From Phoronis australis (taxonomy: Eukaryota; Animalia; Phoronida), in assembly GCA_002633005.1 (NCBI GenBank), contig NMRA01000052.1, positions 336,613-400,612 on the forward strand: DNA of 64,000 bases, written 5' to 3'. A model generated the notes under the pieces. It did no database searches. It was not told where the DNA came from and saw only the letters and a list, made by a program, of their open reading frames with translations. Made by a program: the position numbers and the translations under genes. Positions 25,999 through 39,686 of this stretch are shown in pieces; position 1 is the first letter of the stretch; every line of letters starts with the position of its first letter.

Positions 25999-26270
25999 AA
26001 AAAAGCATGAAAATTTTGAGACATCCAGTTAAGAAAACAGATCAAATTTGAGTCTAATATTGGAATAAAAACTTACAAAAATTAGCGACGTTCCGTCTGC
26101 ATCTCATAGACTTCAGTTTGGCTTGTGACGTTATCGTTATTCAAAACGCCACCAATTGGCCAGAATAATGATAACGTCACAAGCCAAGCTGAAGTCCGTG
26201 AGATGCGGACGCAACGTCGTTAATATTTGTAAGTTTTTATTCCAGTATTAGACTCAAACTTGATCTGTTT
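25999..26270. mobile_element. Penelope-like element remnant (inverted pLTR pair with tail)
   Basis: ~105-bp inverted arms (26035-26270), 36-nt one-sided tail, 12-bp flanking direct repeat TTTAAGCATTTC, degenerate hammerhead CTGAAG-TCCG..CGGAC-GCAAC-GTC. Confidence 0.75.
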
Positions 26271-28474
26271 AAGCATTTCCATTCAGTAATCATCTTCATA
26301 TGTACTCAGTTCATCACATCTAAAAATTACAATAAAAACTTAATTGTAGTCCCAATTTGCCATAACTTCCCCCATTATCTTGGCCCCTTTAGTAAAGCTT
26401 ATGCACACAACAATGACGAGATGCAATAACAGCTAACTGTCTGTATACCTGATATATCAGATTTCATCAATTAACTTGCCAAACAATTCCTTAACTTGCA
26501 ACTGGACAAACAAATCAATATTCTATATACCTCGTGATACACATAATCGCTCAAATTCTTCAGTTCCATCNCATTCTCATCACATGCCTAACAACTCTGA
26601 GTCTGCAAACAACAAGGTTTAATTAAAATTTGTTCGAACACGCCCTTTCTAACCTTTTTCTCCATTCATCAACAACGAAATTGAAAAAAGAAGAACAAAG
26701 TCATAAAACTAGATCGCTACAAATACAAAAACTGTTTACAAATATGCTTTGAACCATTCAATGACTTGTTAATAAAACTAATGGTATTCAATGACCCAGC
26801 AAAAGATCTCAACTAGACCTGAAACACAAGCCGAGTCAGGAATGTACTCAATCCCGAGTTCATAGCTAAAATGCACAATGTGAATTGACATTCAGACGAA
26901 AACAAGCACAACAGCAAAGCTTGGTCAGTTTGATCTGTAACCTTAAAGGGCATTATGGGGATTAATGTTGGATGCGATAGGCTTGTTGAAGTTCTTTAAG
27001 CTATGACCAGAGCTATAAAACGAGAAAACGTGTTGTGTTTTCGTGGTTCTACCACAAATCGCCCGTTCTCGCCATTGTCTATCAGCCCCTCACTGAAATC
27101 CAGGCTGGTGTCTTTACCATTTAAAGACGCTTTAATTACTGTGCTATGTAATGCGTGGGATTTGGCATAGCGGCAGAGCGTTCAACTGCCACTATGTGGC
27201 TTGTGAATTCGATTCCGCGCTACCAGCTAATTTCTGAAAAATTGGCCTTTGTCGCCGAGAATGTCACTTTAAAGGTGTTACCAAGTTTTCAGTAAAACCA
27301 TTCTAAATACAAAAGCTAAGCATCCGCAGCGCCTGCGTTCTCGTGTGGTGGAGAACTACGTGGAGTGAACAAGCCGATTTTTACATTGCGCTCCACGGGG
27401 ACCTGACAATAAAACACAGATTTCTCTTACAATAGTGCTGTAAACGACGAAAGCATTATTTGGTTCATTATAAATTTATGCCACCAGTCTGTGAGTATTA
27501 TCATAGGGTTGTTAAGAAACAGAAATTTACAGATTATTCATCAAGTTTGTACATCCCGAATCTCAGATTCTCACTGTTCAGCTGATGCCGGTGTGATTGG
27601 TGAAAGACACAATTAGTTTCTTTTCCATTGAAGGCTAAATATCAGTATAAATACTAAACATGAAGCACACTTCATAAAAATATGACTGCCTTTGCACAAT
27701 ATTACAGGATTAATAATAAAATCAGCAAGCTCCTTGAAATCGCACTCTTTTCAACATCGTCATCTTGATAATAGACTGATATTTCTACTGCGAGATGATA
27801 AAACAAAATCTTAATGACAGCTACAACAGTACTATTAGCTGAGAAGCACTGTTAGTTTGGTGTGACCATAGGACAGTCTATGTGACCGTAATTCTAGTTT
27901 TGAAACAAAAAAATACCCAAACAGATGTGATAATACTCATGGCATCATGTGTAAACATGCAGCTGACTATCACCGCTGCTTTAGACAGTGTACAAATCAC
28001 CTCACTCACAACAGTATGTTTAACAGTCAACAGTTGTGGTCGACTTAAAGTAACAGATTTCCGCAATGATTTTGTTGATAGCAATAACAAATACAACGGA
28101 TCATCAACAACACAAGGAGAACACTAATTACATTATTTTCATACCAACCTAATCACAGGATAATTAGTTATAATGAAAACAACGCTATGCTTAACCTATA
28201 GACATTTTCCCATTGATGTCTATCCTCAAGTGTTCATGGGAGCATCAGTCAGAGGGAATGCTTTTGAATTTTGCTTTTGATTGTTGATTCAAACTTAAAA
28301 GTGCATCGCAACTCTGAGGTAAACAAGTGGATTTAACTGTGAACGTGGTCATGTCGAATCATGGGAATGCTTAGCTTCAAGATGACATCAACAGATCTCG
28401 TCGTCAGCAACAGCACGTGTTGCTTTACAAATCACTCTAATCTTTGTTCACCATTCTACAACTTTAAGCATTTC

Positions 28475-28746
28475 AAAAAAGCATGAAAATTTTGAGACAT
28501 CCAGTTAAGAAAACAGATCAAATTTGAGTCTAATATTGGAATAAAAACTTACAAAAATTAGCGACGTTCCGTCTGCATCTCATAGACTTCAGTTTGGCTT
28601 GTGACGTTATCGTTATTCAAAACGCCACCAATTGGCCAGAATAATGATAACGTCACAAGCCAAGCTGAAGTCCGTGAGATGCGGACGCAACGTCGTTAAT
28701 ATTTGTAAGTTTTTATTCCAGTATTAGACTCAAACTTGATCTGTTT
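28475..28746. mobile_element. Same Penelope-like insertion in the duplicated (probably allelic) segment
   Basis: Sequence and flanks appear identical to 25999-26270. Confidence 0.7.
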
Positions 28747-31393
28747 AAGCATTTCCATTCAGTAATCATCTTCATATGTACTCAGTTCATCACATCTAAA
28801 AATTACAATAAAAACTTAATTGTAGTCCCAATTTGCCATAACTTCCCCCATTATCTTGGCCCCTTTAGTAAAGCTTATGCACACAACAATGACGAGATGC
28901 AATAACAGCTAACTGTCTGTATACCTGATATATCAGATTTCATCAATTAACTTGCCAAACAATTCCTTAACTTGCAACTGGACAAACAAATCAATATTCT
29001 ATATACCTCGTGATACACATAATCGCTCAAATTCTTCAGTTCCATCACGGCAACGAAATGACTACTTATTCCCTTTAAAAACACACAGTTATGCAAACAG
29101 CAAATGCCAACCAGAAACAGGAGAGGAGAGCTGTGCAGACATATTGCACATAATCATAATACAAACATGCTCAACAATCAGCTACATTATTTAATTAAAC
29201 ATCCCTGTTGACTTTCCAGTATAATCCAAACTTACAAGTGTCTGAATTCAACAGTAATCGAGTGGTGTTTAGAGATTCAGTAGTGGGCGATGGAACAAAG
29301 TCAAGACCATACCAGCGTCGAGTGTGTTTGGGGGATGACATATGTCTACTTTTAAGTATTGGCGTTGTCTCTTGCCAAGTGTACCAAATAGCACTATGAA
29401 CTACTCGAGTGCCAGGGTATAGAATAGTCGCATCAATACTGCGCTAGTTGATATGGAATAGCCAACACAAGAAAATGAGTTAACAAAATGCAACTACGTG
29501 ATTGAGTGTTCGCCCAAGGCTGCGCTTTTGCGTCATATGACGAAAATAAGCCAAAAACAGGCGTATAATTGAGTTTGTGAGTGAGTGAGTCACCTTGGAT
29601 GTAACTTTGGTAAGATGTAAAAAATAAAGACTACATAAATAAAATCACCAGTATTGATTTTTTGGATATCCTCCTATATCTTCCAGTTCCGTACTGCGCA
29701 GACAATAACTTGCAGTTGTGGTAGAAAATCTTGATTTACAGAATGGAAACGGAGAATTCAATCCCACAATGCAACATTCCAACCTCACCGACCAATCACA
29801 TCAGTGGTCACCATTTTGCATGGGCTAGCTCTGCATGATGCTCTCACCAATTTAAATTTCACTGCATTTTTTAACTTATTGAGATCGCTCAAATATTAAT
29901 GTTCTATTGCATGGTGGTGTACACAAGTCAAGTTGCTTCTCAACATTGATTAGTTTCAAATGAAGCCCTAACGTTCAGTGCATGACACCCGAGATTTGTT
30001 GCACTATAATAGTGCAGTATAATACAGTATTAAAATACTCCAGTTTTGGCAGTTTCTAAATTTTGGGACAACAAAATTGAAGCCACGATTGAATTTTCTT
30101 GATTTTAAAAATTAAGACTTGAGTAATGTTGATGCTCATCATATTTCTCAAATATTGGGCGAGGCATTTTGTAACAACAGTTTGATAATTGATTTGTCGG
30201 TTCTTAAAAAACCTTTTCGCAGGTGTCCATAATGTGTAAAATCAAGATGAGAAGTCATTCGTAGTTGATCTCAATTCCTGAATATGGAACAGTCAATACT
30301 GCCTAGTTCTGAAACTTGTTACAAACTCCAACCTTGAGGAAAATAATTAATTTTCCACCGTTCCAAACTGAAACTGCCGTATACGCTCTGAATAATTATG
30401 TACACAATGACTCTCATCAGCAGCAATATGGCAAACATGAAATATTCAAAGATTTCATCAAATATCCAGCTGCTCATTTACTTCCATACATTAGTAAAAT
30501 GCACTCAGCCTACTTACGATAAACCATTTGTCATTTCTGTCACATTCACCAGCAAACTGAGCTTAGCCCTTTGAAACTCCAAATGCATGTTGGAAACTTT
30601 TGATGACAGGCAATTACAAAGTTAACATGATTATTAGAGTGAATGATTATTAGAATGAAATCTCGAGTTTTGAAAATACAACAGGCTAGATTCGCAATAG
30701 GTCTCAGTTGAGGAAAAGCACCCCCTGGGGGCATCATGATGTTTTGATTCGTATTAATTAATCTATTTTCCAAACATTACCAATGTTCTGAACATGGAAA
30801 AAAATGGGTAGATAAGCATACCGACCAGTGAACCTGTGAAGCCAGCAATTACGCTATGTCCCCTGATGAGCAGTCGCGGTGAGGGCTTCTTCATTTGGGA
30901 GAATTAATATATTGAAAATAAAATAAGATATCACACGAACCCACCGCCCCATGTCAGTACTCAACCATAATAAGAAACAAATGTAACTTTTGAGAAAGAG
31001 GCCATCCATTTAAAGTTATGTAGGACTTTGACAAGCTCGCATATTTAGCCAAATACTTACAAAACTAATGATTTTAACTCTGCAAAAGTTTATATTTTCT
31101 GAAGAAAAGAAAGCCCAAGGAATTTGATTTTGACATTTTGCCAATCTGCCATTAAGACTAAGAGGGTCACGTGACAATGTATCTTGGTGAAGTTTAGCAA
31201 AAAGGAAAGTAATTGTTAACAAAACAACAGTATCAATGACACGTCAATTTGTACTTGGCCGACGTGTTCAAGACCAGATCTTAAATAAGCTGTTACAGTT
31301 TTCTAAAATATTTTACGTAGAAAATAAATCTGAAACTAAATAAAGCAATCCAGATCCTCCCAAGGATACTATTGTTTCACGAAATGTAGAACA

Positions 31394-31453
31394 TAAATAG
31401 GTAAATAAAACAACAAGAATGGATCCATTCTTGTTGTTTTATTTACCTATTTA
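31394..31453. repeat. Perfect 60-bp spacerless palindrome
   Basis: TAAATAGGTAAATAAAACAACAAGAATGGA|TCCATTCTTGTTGTTTTATTTACCTATTTA. Confidence 0.95.
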
Positions 31454-34400
31454 CATTCTAAAATATTTGAAATGTAACTATTTCGTTTTCATTTTAATCG
31501 CAACTTCAGAGTTTTTTCATGAAAATCATTAAAATCTTATTTTTAATAGGTCATCATGCAAAAACTGAGCATTTTAGAAAACAATTGTTAACAGCATTTT
31601 GGAGAAAAATGCATAAAGCATGCTGTCAGAAAGTTTCATAGGAAACCAATCAGCTATTCCTCAGATTATGTTTCGAATTTAGCCAACTATGGACACTTTT
31701 CTAGGCTCCAACATAACCTTAAAAGACTTTTGCTTGAGGGTTCAGTCACCCCCACATCCCCACCGGCTTGGTGACGATCATCCAGATTGACAAAAGCATA
31801 ATTCATCCCGACATTGAATTTCTATTTGATAAAGGTGACCTATTTACTTGTCACTGGACACCCGCCACCGTGAACGGAGCATGATCAGGAAATATGACGT
31901 TGACTGCAACAAAATTCTGAGAATTTTCCAAGAAATTAGATAACGTTGATAGTTTAAAAGTCTGAAAAAGGAATTCACTGCTATTAACATGAACATCATG
32001 TCTCTCAGACATCAGCATTTATTACACTTGGATACGTGAATACAGCATAAACAAAGAAAACGCTCATAATCATGGCCAGGCTAAAAGTGATTATGAACGC
32101 AATACTGAGCTCCTGCCATGTTCAAAAACTCTAGCAAGATCGTAGCATAGAATGAAATTGAAATAACAATGCTCTTCACCGGTAAATTTCAATTTGTATT
32201 CACTTTCTGGTCAATGAGATCATGCATGGAATAACTTACTGTCTACAATTTCCTATAGTGCTGTATAAATGCAGCTATCAACTCCCGACGATCAAGTCCC
32301 GATGATCAACTCCCGTTGTGTTTACTCATTCCCAGACTAGAGTTTGACATGTAAAAACCGCAAATGGCATGGTTATTTCATTATTGCATCAATATAGAAG
32401 CTCACCCAAATGCAAATTTAAAGCAACTTATTTCCTGCTCATCACTGAGTGCCATTTGTGACAATGGTAAGCAAGCGCCATCACTAGATATGATTTATGC
32501 CTCGTTTCAAGCAACAGCTGTGCTGTCTAGAAAACAAAAACAAGTCCTAGCAGTCACAAAGTTCTAAGGGGAACAACATGCACTCAATTTAGTGCATTTT
32601 TTACGGTACAAAAACACTACAATCACAGTGGCGGTAACTCCTGTAGTGAGAACTTACCTCCCACGTGACAGACGACGTGAACAAAATGCAGGATGACATT
32701 TGCGAAGGATAAAACAACATGTAAAAGTACAGGGAGCGAATTACCCCCAACGTTTTTACCAGAAGTGTTGAAGGTCGCTGATTCACTAGTGGCAACCTCA
32801 CATTTTGGCAAGCAGACGCGTCATTTTTTCGTCAATTTCCTTGAACCCAGCTAATTAACTAGTTCTTTGGTAATGAATCTCACATTTTAGCCACATCATA
32901 GCAGTCGTCAATTCATGACCTAATACCTACACTTCCACACGTTGGCCAATTACTACTAATTACTGCACAGACGATGAGGATTCAGCAAGACCACACATCA
33001 GTAGATATGTCATTTTGAACATTTCTGTCAAATTTCATGTCATTAACCAATTGTTAGGCGGTGAATCCCTCATTTTAGTCATTACGCGTCAACAACTGAT
33101 GATGCTCAAACGAATACAGCAAACACTGGAAATGTGACATCTGAAAATGGACCACCACTACAGCTGTACAGAAGGCACATAATTTTTACCAAAATCCTTG
33201 AATGTTCTTTACTTACCAACTGTCTGCTAAGAAAGCTCATTCTAAAATGGAACGCGCCAACTTGAAATCCCAGTCAGACACGCACACCTCCAAGTCACAA
33301 CATCACACAAACGATACCATTAGCGATGCATGAATCCATCAACTATATATTAGCAACTGAGGAGGAAGCCCACATCCAACTGTTTGAACCAAGAGGTGGT
33401 TCTCAATCCACTGACGCAACCAACACATTCCCCGACTGGAGCAAGATTAATTGGAGGTTCCAAAACAGCTGCTACACACACTCTTCTTAAGAGGGTGGCT
33501 GACCTGTGACCCCCGCCTCACTTCACATGGCTTCTGTCATGAACAACATTTATAGTTGGGAGAGCTACCTAGCATAAAAACTAAAATATATAAGGTATGC
33601 TCTCTTGATATAAAGTTAATGTTCGATTTCGGACGAAAACAATTAAAATTATTATTTCCGTTTTTAAAAACTTACCACATTGCAGCAGCAGTTTTCATGA
33701 ACTTGTTCCAAATTTTGTTTCATAACAGTTTTGCAGTGCAAATGATGTAAAGCAAAAATCACAGCTTATTATTTTAAATGACTTATTCTTATTAAAAGGA
33801 TATAAGCAAAAATTAGTTTTTGAGCTTCAGAAGTGGGGCCTTCTATACTAATATAGAGTCCCCTCTCGAAAACCAACAAGAGCAGAGCCCCCTGTCTTAA
33901 TATAAAAGGTTCTGGCTGCCTTCATGTGGGGCCCCTACATTAAAACAACGGGCCGTGCTTCAGGAGGGACCCTCTGTATTACTATGAGGAGCCCTACTTT
34001 TGAAGGTCAAAAGTGGATTACTTATCTATGCCACTTTCATTGGAATAAGTCATTTAAAATGTTTGTTACGCTGCTAATTTAATCAAAATTGCGTATCTCC
34101 TTGATATTGTTCAAAATTTTGACAAAAAAGCTCACCTTTCACTTTTATGCTTGTGTACAGTGTCTAAAATGTGACAGTAAATTATGGCCAAGTGTTTTTT
34201 TATTCAAAACAATTCATCAGTCATGTTCTATGTTCAATCAAGCACATCAAACAACATTGTAAGGGCCTATTTAGTTACAACTAAATCATTGCTGTTTATC
34301 CTTTGGTGTTCAATGCAAATAACTTCACATGGCGTTCATCCAGGGCTGCGAAGAGATGACCACACATCATCCAGAAACCTTCCCAGTAGTTTGTCTGATC

Positions 34401-36394
34401 ACACAGGAAAGCATGAATTCTAGGATTACTATGCTGCTGATTTGACATTTGCATAATTTTGACAATGCTTGCAATCTGTCCTCCAAATGGGAAGCGTTCT
34501 ACATACAACTTTTAGATATTGAAAGAGCACAAAAGCATCTTTTACTAGACCCAATTTCAAATTCTGGTAAGCAGGACAAACTGATTGAGATTTTTGTCTG
34601 AATTGCTTGAATAATCCACCATGCAACAATGGCAAATTTTGGAGACATTGCCATCGAAGCTCCTCCAAGAGCAGGCTAATCCCCGCATACAACATCGTTA
34701 TCGGGGTGATCGGAGATGATCTCTGTCAACGAGAGAATATTTGTGTGACTCAGAGAACAATTTGGCCTAACACACAGTGACTTTGTGAAGCGCAACTACT
34801 GATAAGATCTAGCCAGTATCTGAGAGCGATGCTATAAACAACACAAAAGCCCCAATAGCATTGGAAAAAATTTCCAGATTTGTTATTTGTACAACAAATC
34901 AGTTGAGAACAGACTTTAAAGAGAACAAATCCAACCACAATTCGTATTTTCCTTACGATGCCGAGTTCAGCACCGCCTCGCTATTCAAGTAGGTCAATCT
35001 TGTTTTGGAATTCTTCTGCAAAAGGGTAAGGCTTGATATGTGTTGTTTATTTGACCGAAACAAGTAAGCAAATAACAGAGAATGTCTATGATAATATTTT
35101 CAATTGTTGTATTCATATATTCTGACTAATATACAACTTCAACTGTCAATTATTTTGTTTGTTGCACAATGAAAGCAAGAGTGATTAGTCTGAGCCAGAA
35201 GTGATTTTGTGTATCCTGGATTATGTATGATGGTTACTGAGAGCTAAGTAAACTCCATTTTTCTGATTTCGCTCTCATGAACGTCCGGCATGGGTAGAAA
35301 GAATACAAAAGCGCAACGAGAATATCCCACTGCGTTAAATCCATGCAAGAATCTAGAACAGTGTCCACTAACTACACTATCGCCCTCTAATGGCAAGGCA
35401 TATTTCATCATGACAGCATTACCTCTACCAATCCCAAGGGGGTGCCAGACACTCACTGGCAACAAACTGCAATCACTTGCCTGGGGCATACTCAATAAGT
35501 AATTATTTGCTAACAATCAAACTAATTACCAAGTGTTAAAAACTTTCAGACATCAGGCATCTGGGATGTACCATCTGGTTGTCACAGGTTTCAGTAACAC
35601 ACCCACAGATGTGCAATAATCATTTGTATTGGGGTGGTGCCACCTGTTGTAGGACCAGGAGAGCATAGTCTTGGTTCAGCAAATAAGATAACTAATGCAA
35701 CAAAGAGCGTTTGAAAAGAACCTATGTAGTTGTGTATGCCTGCAAATTCTTTCACACCAGGAGAAAAACAGCCCAGTTGAATCTGGTCTTTTTTAAACTG
35801 AATTGGTCCTCAATGGTATTATGCTCATTTTTTCAAAAACAAAAATTTACCTGAGACAAGCAAAAATGATGCGGGATTGGTTTTTTATTGATCGCTTGGA
35901 AAATAATGTGGTTCAAACTTTGCTTACACTAGCCTATGTACCTTCGCGCAGATTTTCAAAGATAAGGGATCTCGGATGAAATTGATGTTTTTGCAGTTTT
36001 TGAGTTGATAAGTGCAGAGACTAGAACCAGCTTTGCTTTTTTTGGCATAGTGGGAAGGAAGGTGTTTTGTAAACTCACAATTAGACCAAAACAATAATAG
36101 GGCAATGCCGAAAATAGGTAATACTGAAAAACCCTACTTACGACAAATCTGCCAAGAATACTCATTCTCATCATACATACCAGGACACATTTTTAACACC
36201 GTATCCAAGAAGATACCAACGAAAACCTAGACACTATCCCGTAGACCAAATATCTACCTAGGAAATGGAGGCAAATGTCTATAAATCATTTTGCAAAGGT
36301 AGAAATACCATGGAGTCATTCTCCAGAAGGCATCTTTCCAAACGTCAAGACTCGGGAAATATTGTACTTGTCAGCTAACTGACTCGTGTGATGT

Positions 36395-37002
36395 TACATT
36401 TGCCAGACATCTGACCCACGAGATATTCTGCGAGGGCATCTGTCCCCCTTAATGTTGCACTTGCCAGACATCTGATCCACGAAATGTTACCTTAGCCAAA
36501 CATTGGAACCATGAGAAGCACTTGTTAGACAACTGACCCAGGAGGCATTGCACTTGTCAGACATCTGACCCATGCGATACTGCACTTGCCAGATATCTGA
36601 CCCACAAGATATCACACTTGCCATAGCCCACAAGATATTACACTTCCCAGATATTTAACCCACAAGATTTTACACATGCTATATAACTAACCCACAAGAT
36701 CTTACACTTGCCAGATATCTAACCCACAAGATATTACACTTGCCAGCCCATGAGAAGTTACACTTGCCAACCCACAAGGTATTACACTTGCTAGATATTT
36801 AACCCACAAGATGTTACACGTTAGATGTCTAACCCACAAGATATTACACACGTCCGATATTTAACCCACAAGATATTACACATGATAGATATCTAACACA
36901 CAAGATATTGCACTTGCCAATCCACAATATGTTACACTTGCCAAATAAGTAACCCACAACATGTTACACTTGCCAAATAACTAACCCACAATATGTTACA
37001 CT
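36395..37002 (+). repeat. Degenerate minisatellite, ~22-32-bp units (CACTTGCCAGATATCTAACCCACAAGATATTA)
   Basis: About 20 visible units of variable length. Confidence 0.9.
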
Positions 37003-38275
37003 GATTGCTAGTTGCTCCTCTTCATAAACTGAGTATGCTTTTCTGATTTATATGAATAGCCATGTTTCCTGCACTTTTAAACTCAATATAACCAGAAAAA
37101 TCATAAACAGTGAACCAGATCTTAAATATAACAAAATATTGGTAGCAATTATTCACAATCAATTACACATTATGAAAATGGCAAATTACATGCTATTTTT
37201 GTAGACAAGCAATTGCATTAGCAGTTGGCCATTACCTCCATGACTCAGATTAGTTACTGCAGTAAAGATCAGATATCATAATTAGTTTTCTGTACATAAA
37301 CATGATAAGCTTCAAGGCCAAACCTTCACCAGTATAATGGTAAAATGACACTAATTTAGTACACAATATGACGGACAATTTACATTTTACTTCTTCACTT
37401 TTCCATAAAACATGAACAGCACCATATAAGATTTCATCCATTTTATGCTGCATTTTGCCAAATTCAGCTAGCTAAAAATGATAATCGAATAATACCCCTT
37501 ACCATGAATTCTATTCAACTTGTGAAGGAGTCACAGACAATTAATACACTTTAAATTTTGTAATTTTAAAGTTGGTCAACTACTATAAACTCAGAGCATT
37601 TTCTCGAGTGGATGATGGTTTCTATATTCCTGTTAGAAATAGAATTTGAATCCTATCACAGTAATGTAAATCATTACAACCACTTTAAGAGAGTAACGGG
37701 CCTAACACCATATTTTCCATCATACAATGTTTTGAGAGATTGCATGCAATCACCTCAACGTCAAAAGCCTTTGAAATATGAAGAAAGGTCAATCTAGTCA
37801 ATTAATTTGCTTTGCTCGAAATCGGTGAGATTATCTGCAACAAATTTTAAGCAAGACTGCATGCCTTCTGAGCCCTAAACATATGCAGCAACACAATCAG
37901 GATGAACCGAGCTTGTGATGGCTTCACACAAAAATGCCACCCCCAGACAATGTACGATCATGGAAAACCGAAAGTGTTAAAACTCGTCACATTTCAGAAC
38001 TGAATTCTTTTCTGACAAATGCAAAACCAAACCGATTCAAGACTATTGAAACACTTTCATGACCTAAACAACAGATTCATTATTTGTGACCCATGGACTA
38101 CTTGTCAATAGACAAAAGAGAATGATGTGCTGGTCACTGATAACATATGTCACTTTGTTTCGACAGTCGTTGGTGAACCATTTCCAACGTTGTCCATATT
38201 TGTGAAAAACAGTAATGAAATAAATCGTGCAAATAACATCCCAAATCAACCATCAGCTCAAATTACGTAACTCAC

Positions 38276-38430
38276 CTTGGATGCCAAAATTTGTCTTTAA
38301 CTCCGTAACACTTCAAAACTGACCGTTAGATATAGCAATATCTGATTATACTAACATCTCCTAATGACTCATAGAGCTAGCAGACGTTCTGATGACCTAC
38401 CATGGTCACGTGCGTGTTTACCGATTGGTG
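38276..38430 (-). promoter_or_regulatory. Candidate promoter and non-coding first exon of gene A
   Basis: Donor AAG|GTGAGT (exon edge 38276), Inr-like TCAGTT (38317-22), TATAA ~28 nt upstream, AP-1 TGACTCA (38365), E-box CACGTG (38407), CCAAT (38424). Confidence 0.4.
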
Positions 38431-38959
38431 AAAGAAATTGATAACGGTACTCATCAGCCTGGTGTAAACATGAACTTAATTACTGAAGTCATAGCTTGGT
38501 GGCGTTAGACTACCGAATCACAACGCATCGCGTAACACCGCCTCAGTTGTGATACCATCACGTGACTGGTTGATTGACGTGTTGTTTGATAAATGACAAC
38601 TTTCTAGTTATACATTAGCAATTATTGATTGTAACTGTCTCTCGCATAAAAGACACCAGTTCGGGAATGGTTAAACAGATATCAGACATGTTTTAGTTAA
38701 ATGGTCAAGTGTTACCCAATTAGGATGAGTAATTTCATTTTCTTAGGTTTTTCAAGATTAGCAGCTCAGTACAATTCTTAATCACCATTAAGTTCTGAAC
38801 CACAACTTCCATTAATGGAATATTTTGAAAAATTCTGTACATCAACTACATTATCAGAAGGCAGTTTGAGACGAAACAATGGATCTGTTATTCATTTTAT
38901 TTTTGACATTCATCCACTGCAAAGACAATGCAATATCGAAAATCCACGTATTCAGGGCT

Positions 38960-39686
38960 TTGTATTGTAGTTACCTAAGATTATCCGTAAGTCGTGTTTT
39001 TAGTCAAATATCTACAAAACTATAGATTTCAAGACAGTAAAACTTTCATTTTCTGAAAGTAGAAGGCGTCAAGAATTTGTCATTAGCTTTAGCCATTAAT
39101 TGGGTCTTTTAGTAAAATTTAGCAAAAAAGGTACATTCATAGCCAAATAATGGCATCAGTAACACGATTAAATTTTATTTGATTTATCAAAATGTTCCAT
39201 CTTAAAAACACAATTATGGTTTTCTAAATTATCATTACATTTTCGCTTTATGCAACTTTTGAGTTTTTTTCACAAAAATTACGAGACTTATATTTAGATA
39301 GCCCATCGTGCACAAGCGGAATATTTAAAAAAACAATTTCTAATAGCATTTTGGAGAATAGGGCCTAAAGCATGGTACCTGAAGGTTTCATATGAATCTG
39401 ATCAGCCATATCCGAGATATGATTTTCTGAAGTTCTCCGCACAAAAATAATTCCCAAAATTGTCATTTTTTCCGTTTTCTAAAGCCAATCTTTTCACTGC
39501 AAATAAAAGAGAAAATTTGCCAAAAGTTGTTTCAAGACAACTACACAGTACAAACCAAGGTATCAATATATTTGTGAAGTAATTTGACAAAACAGAGTTT
39601 CACTTGTCGACCATATTGTATGCTGAATAATTACAGAATTACCTTAGCCAAATACAGATATTTTTCTAGGGCCCAAGTCAACTTAA
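38960..39686 (+). mobile_element. Dispersed DNA-transposon-like repeat (TTAA-ended, Kolobok-like); related copies ~22860-23285(+), ~31480-31722(+), ~59763-60300(-)
   Basis: Shared blocks ATCTACAAAAC..AGATTT..CATTTTCTG..AGTAGAA and AGCATTTTGGAGAA, and terminus TTTCTAGG.(C/T)CCAA...AAC(C/T)TTAA. Confidence 0.55.

Larger units (their letters stand above)
24118..29046 (+). repeat. 2.45-kb direct duplication around a single N (26571); probable haplotype-overlap artefact
   Basis: 24118-26570 matches 26572-29046; both copies break exactly at the N. Confidence 0.85.

Noticed and set aside
24118-29046. Real segmental duplication, including twin ORFs 25427-25651 and 27882-28127
   Set aside because: Junction is a single N and the divergence pattern looks allelic; the ORFs have no recognisable homology.
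34184-34940. Cluster of overlapping ORFs, possibly decayed coding sequence
   Set aside because: I could not assign any motif; BLASTx would be needed.
36395-37002. CRISPR-like array
   Set aside because: Eukaryotic context, no unique spacers, no cas genes; it is a minisatellite.
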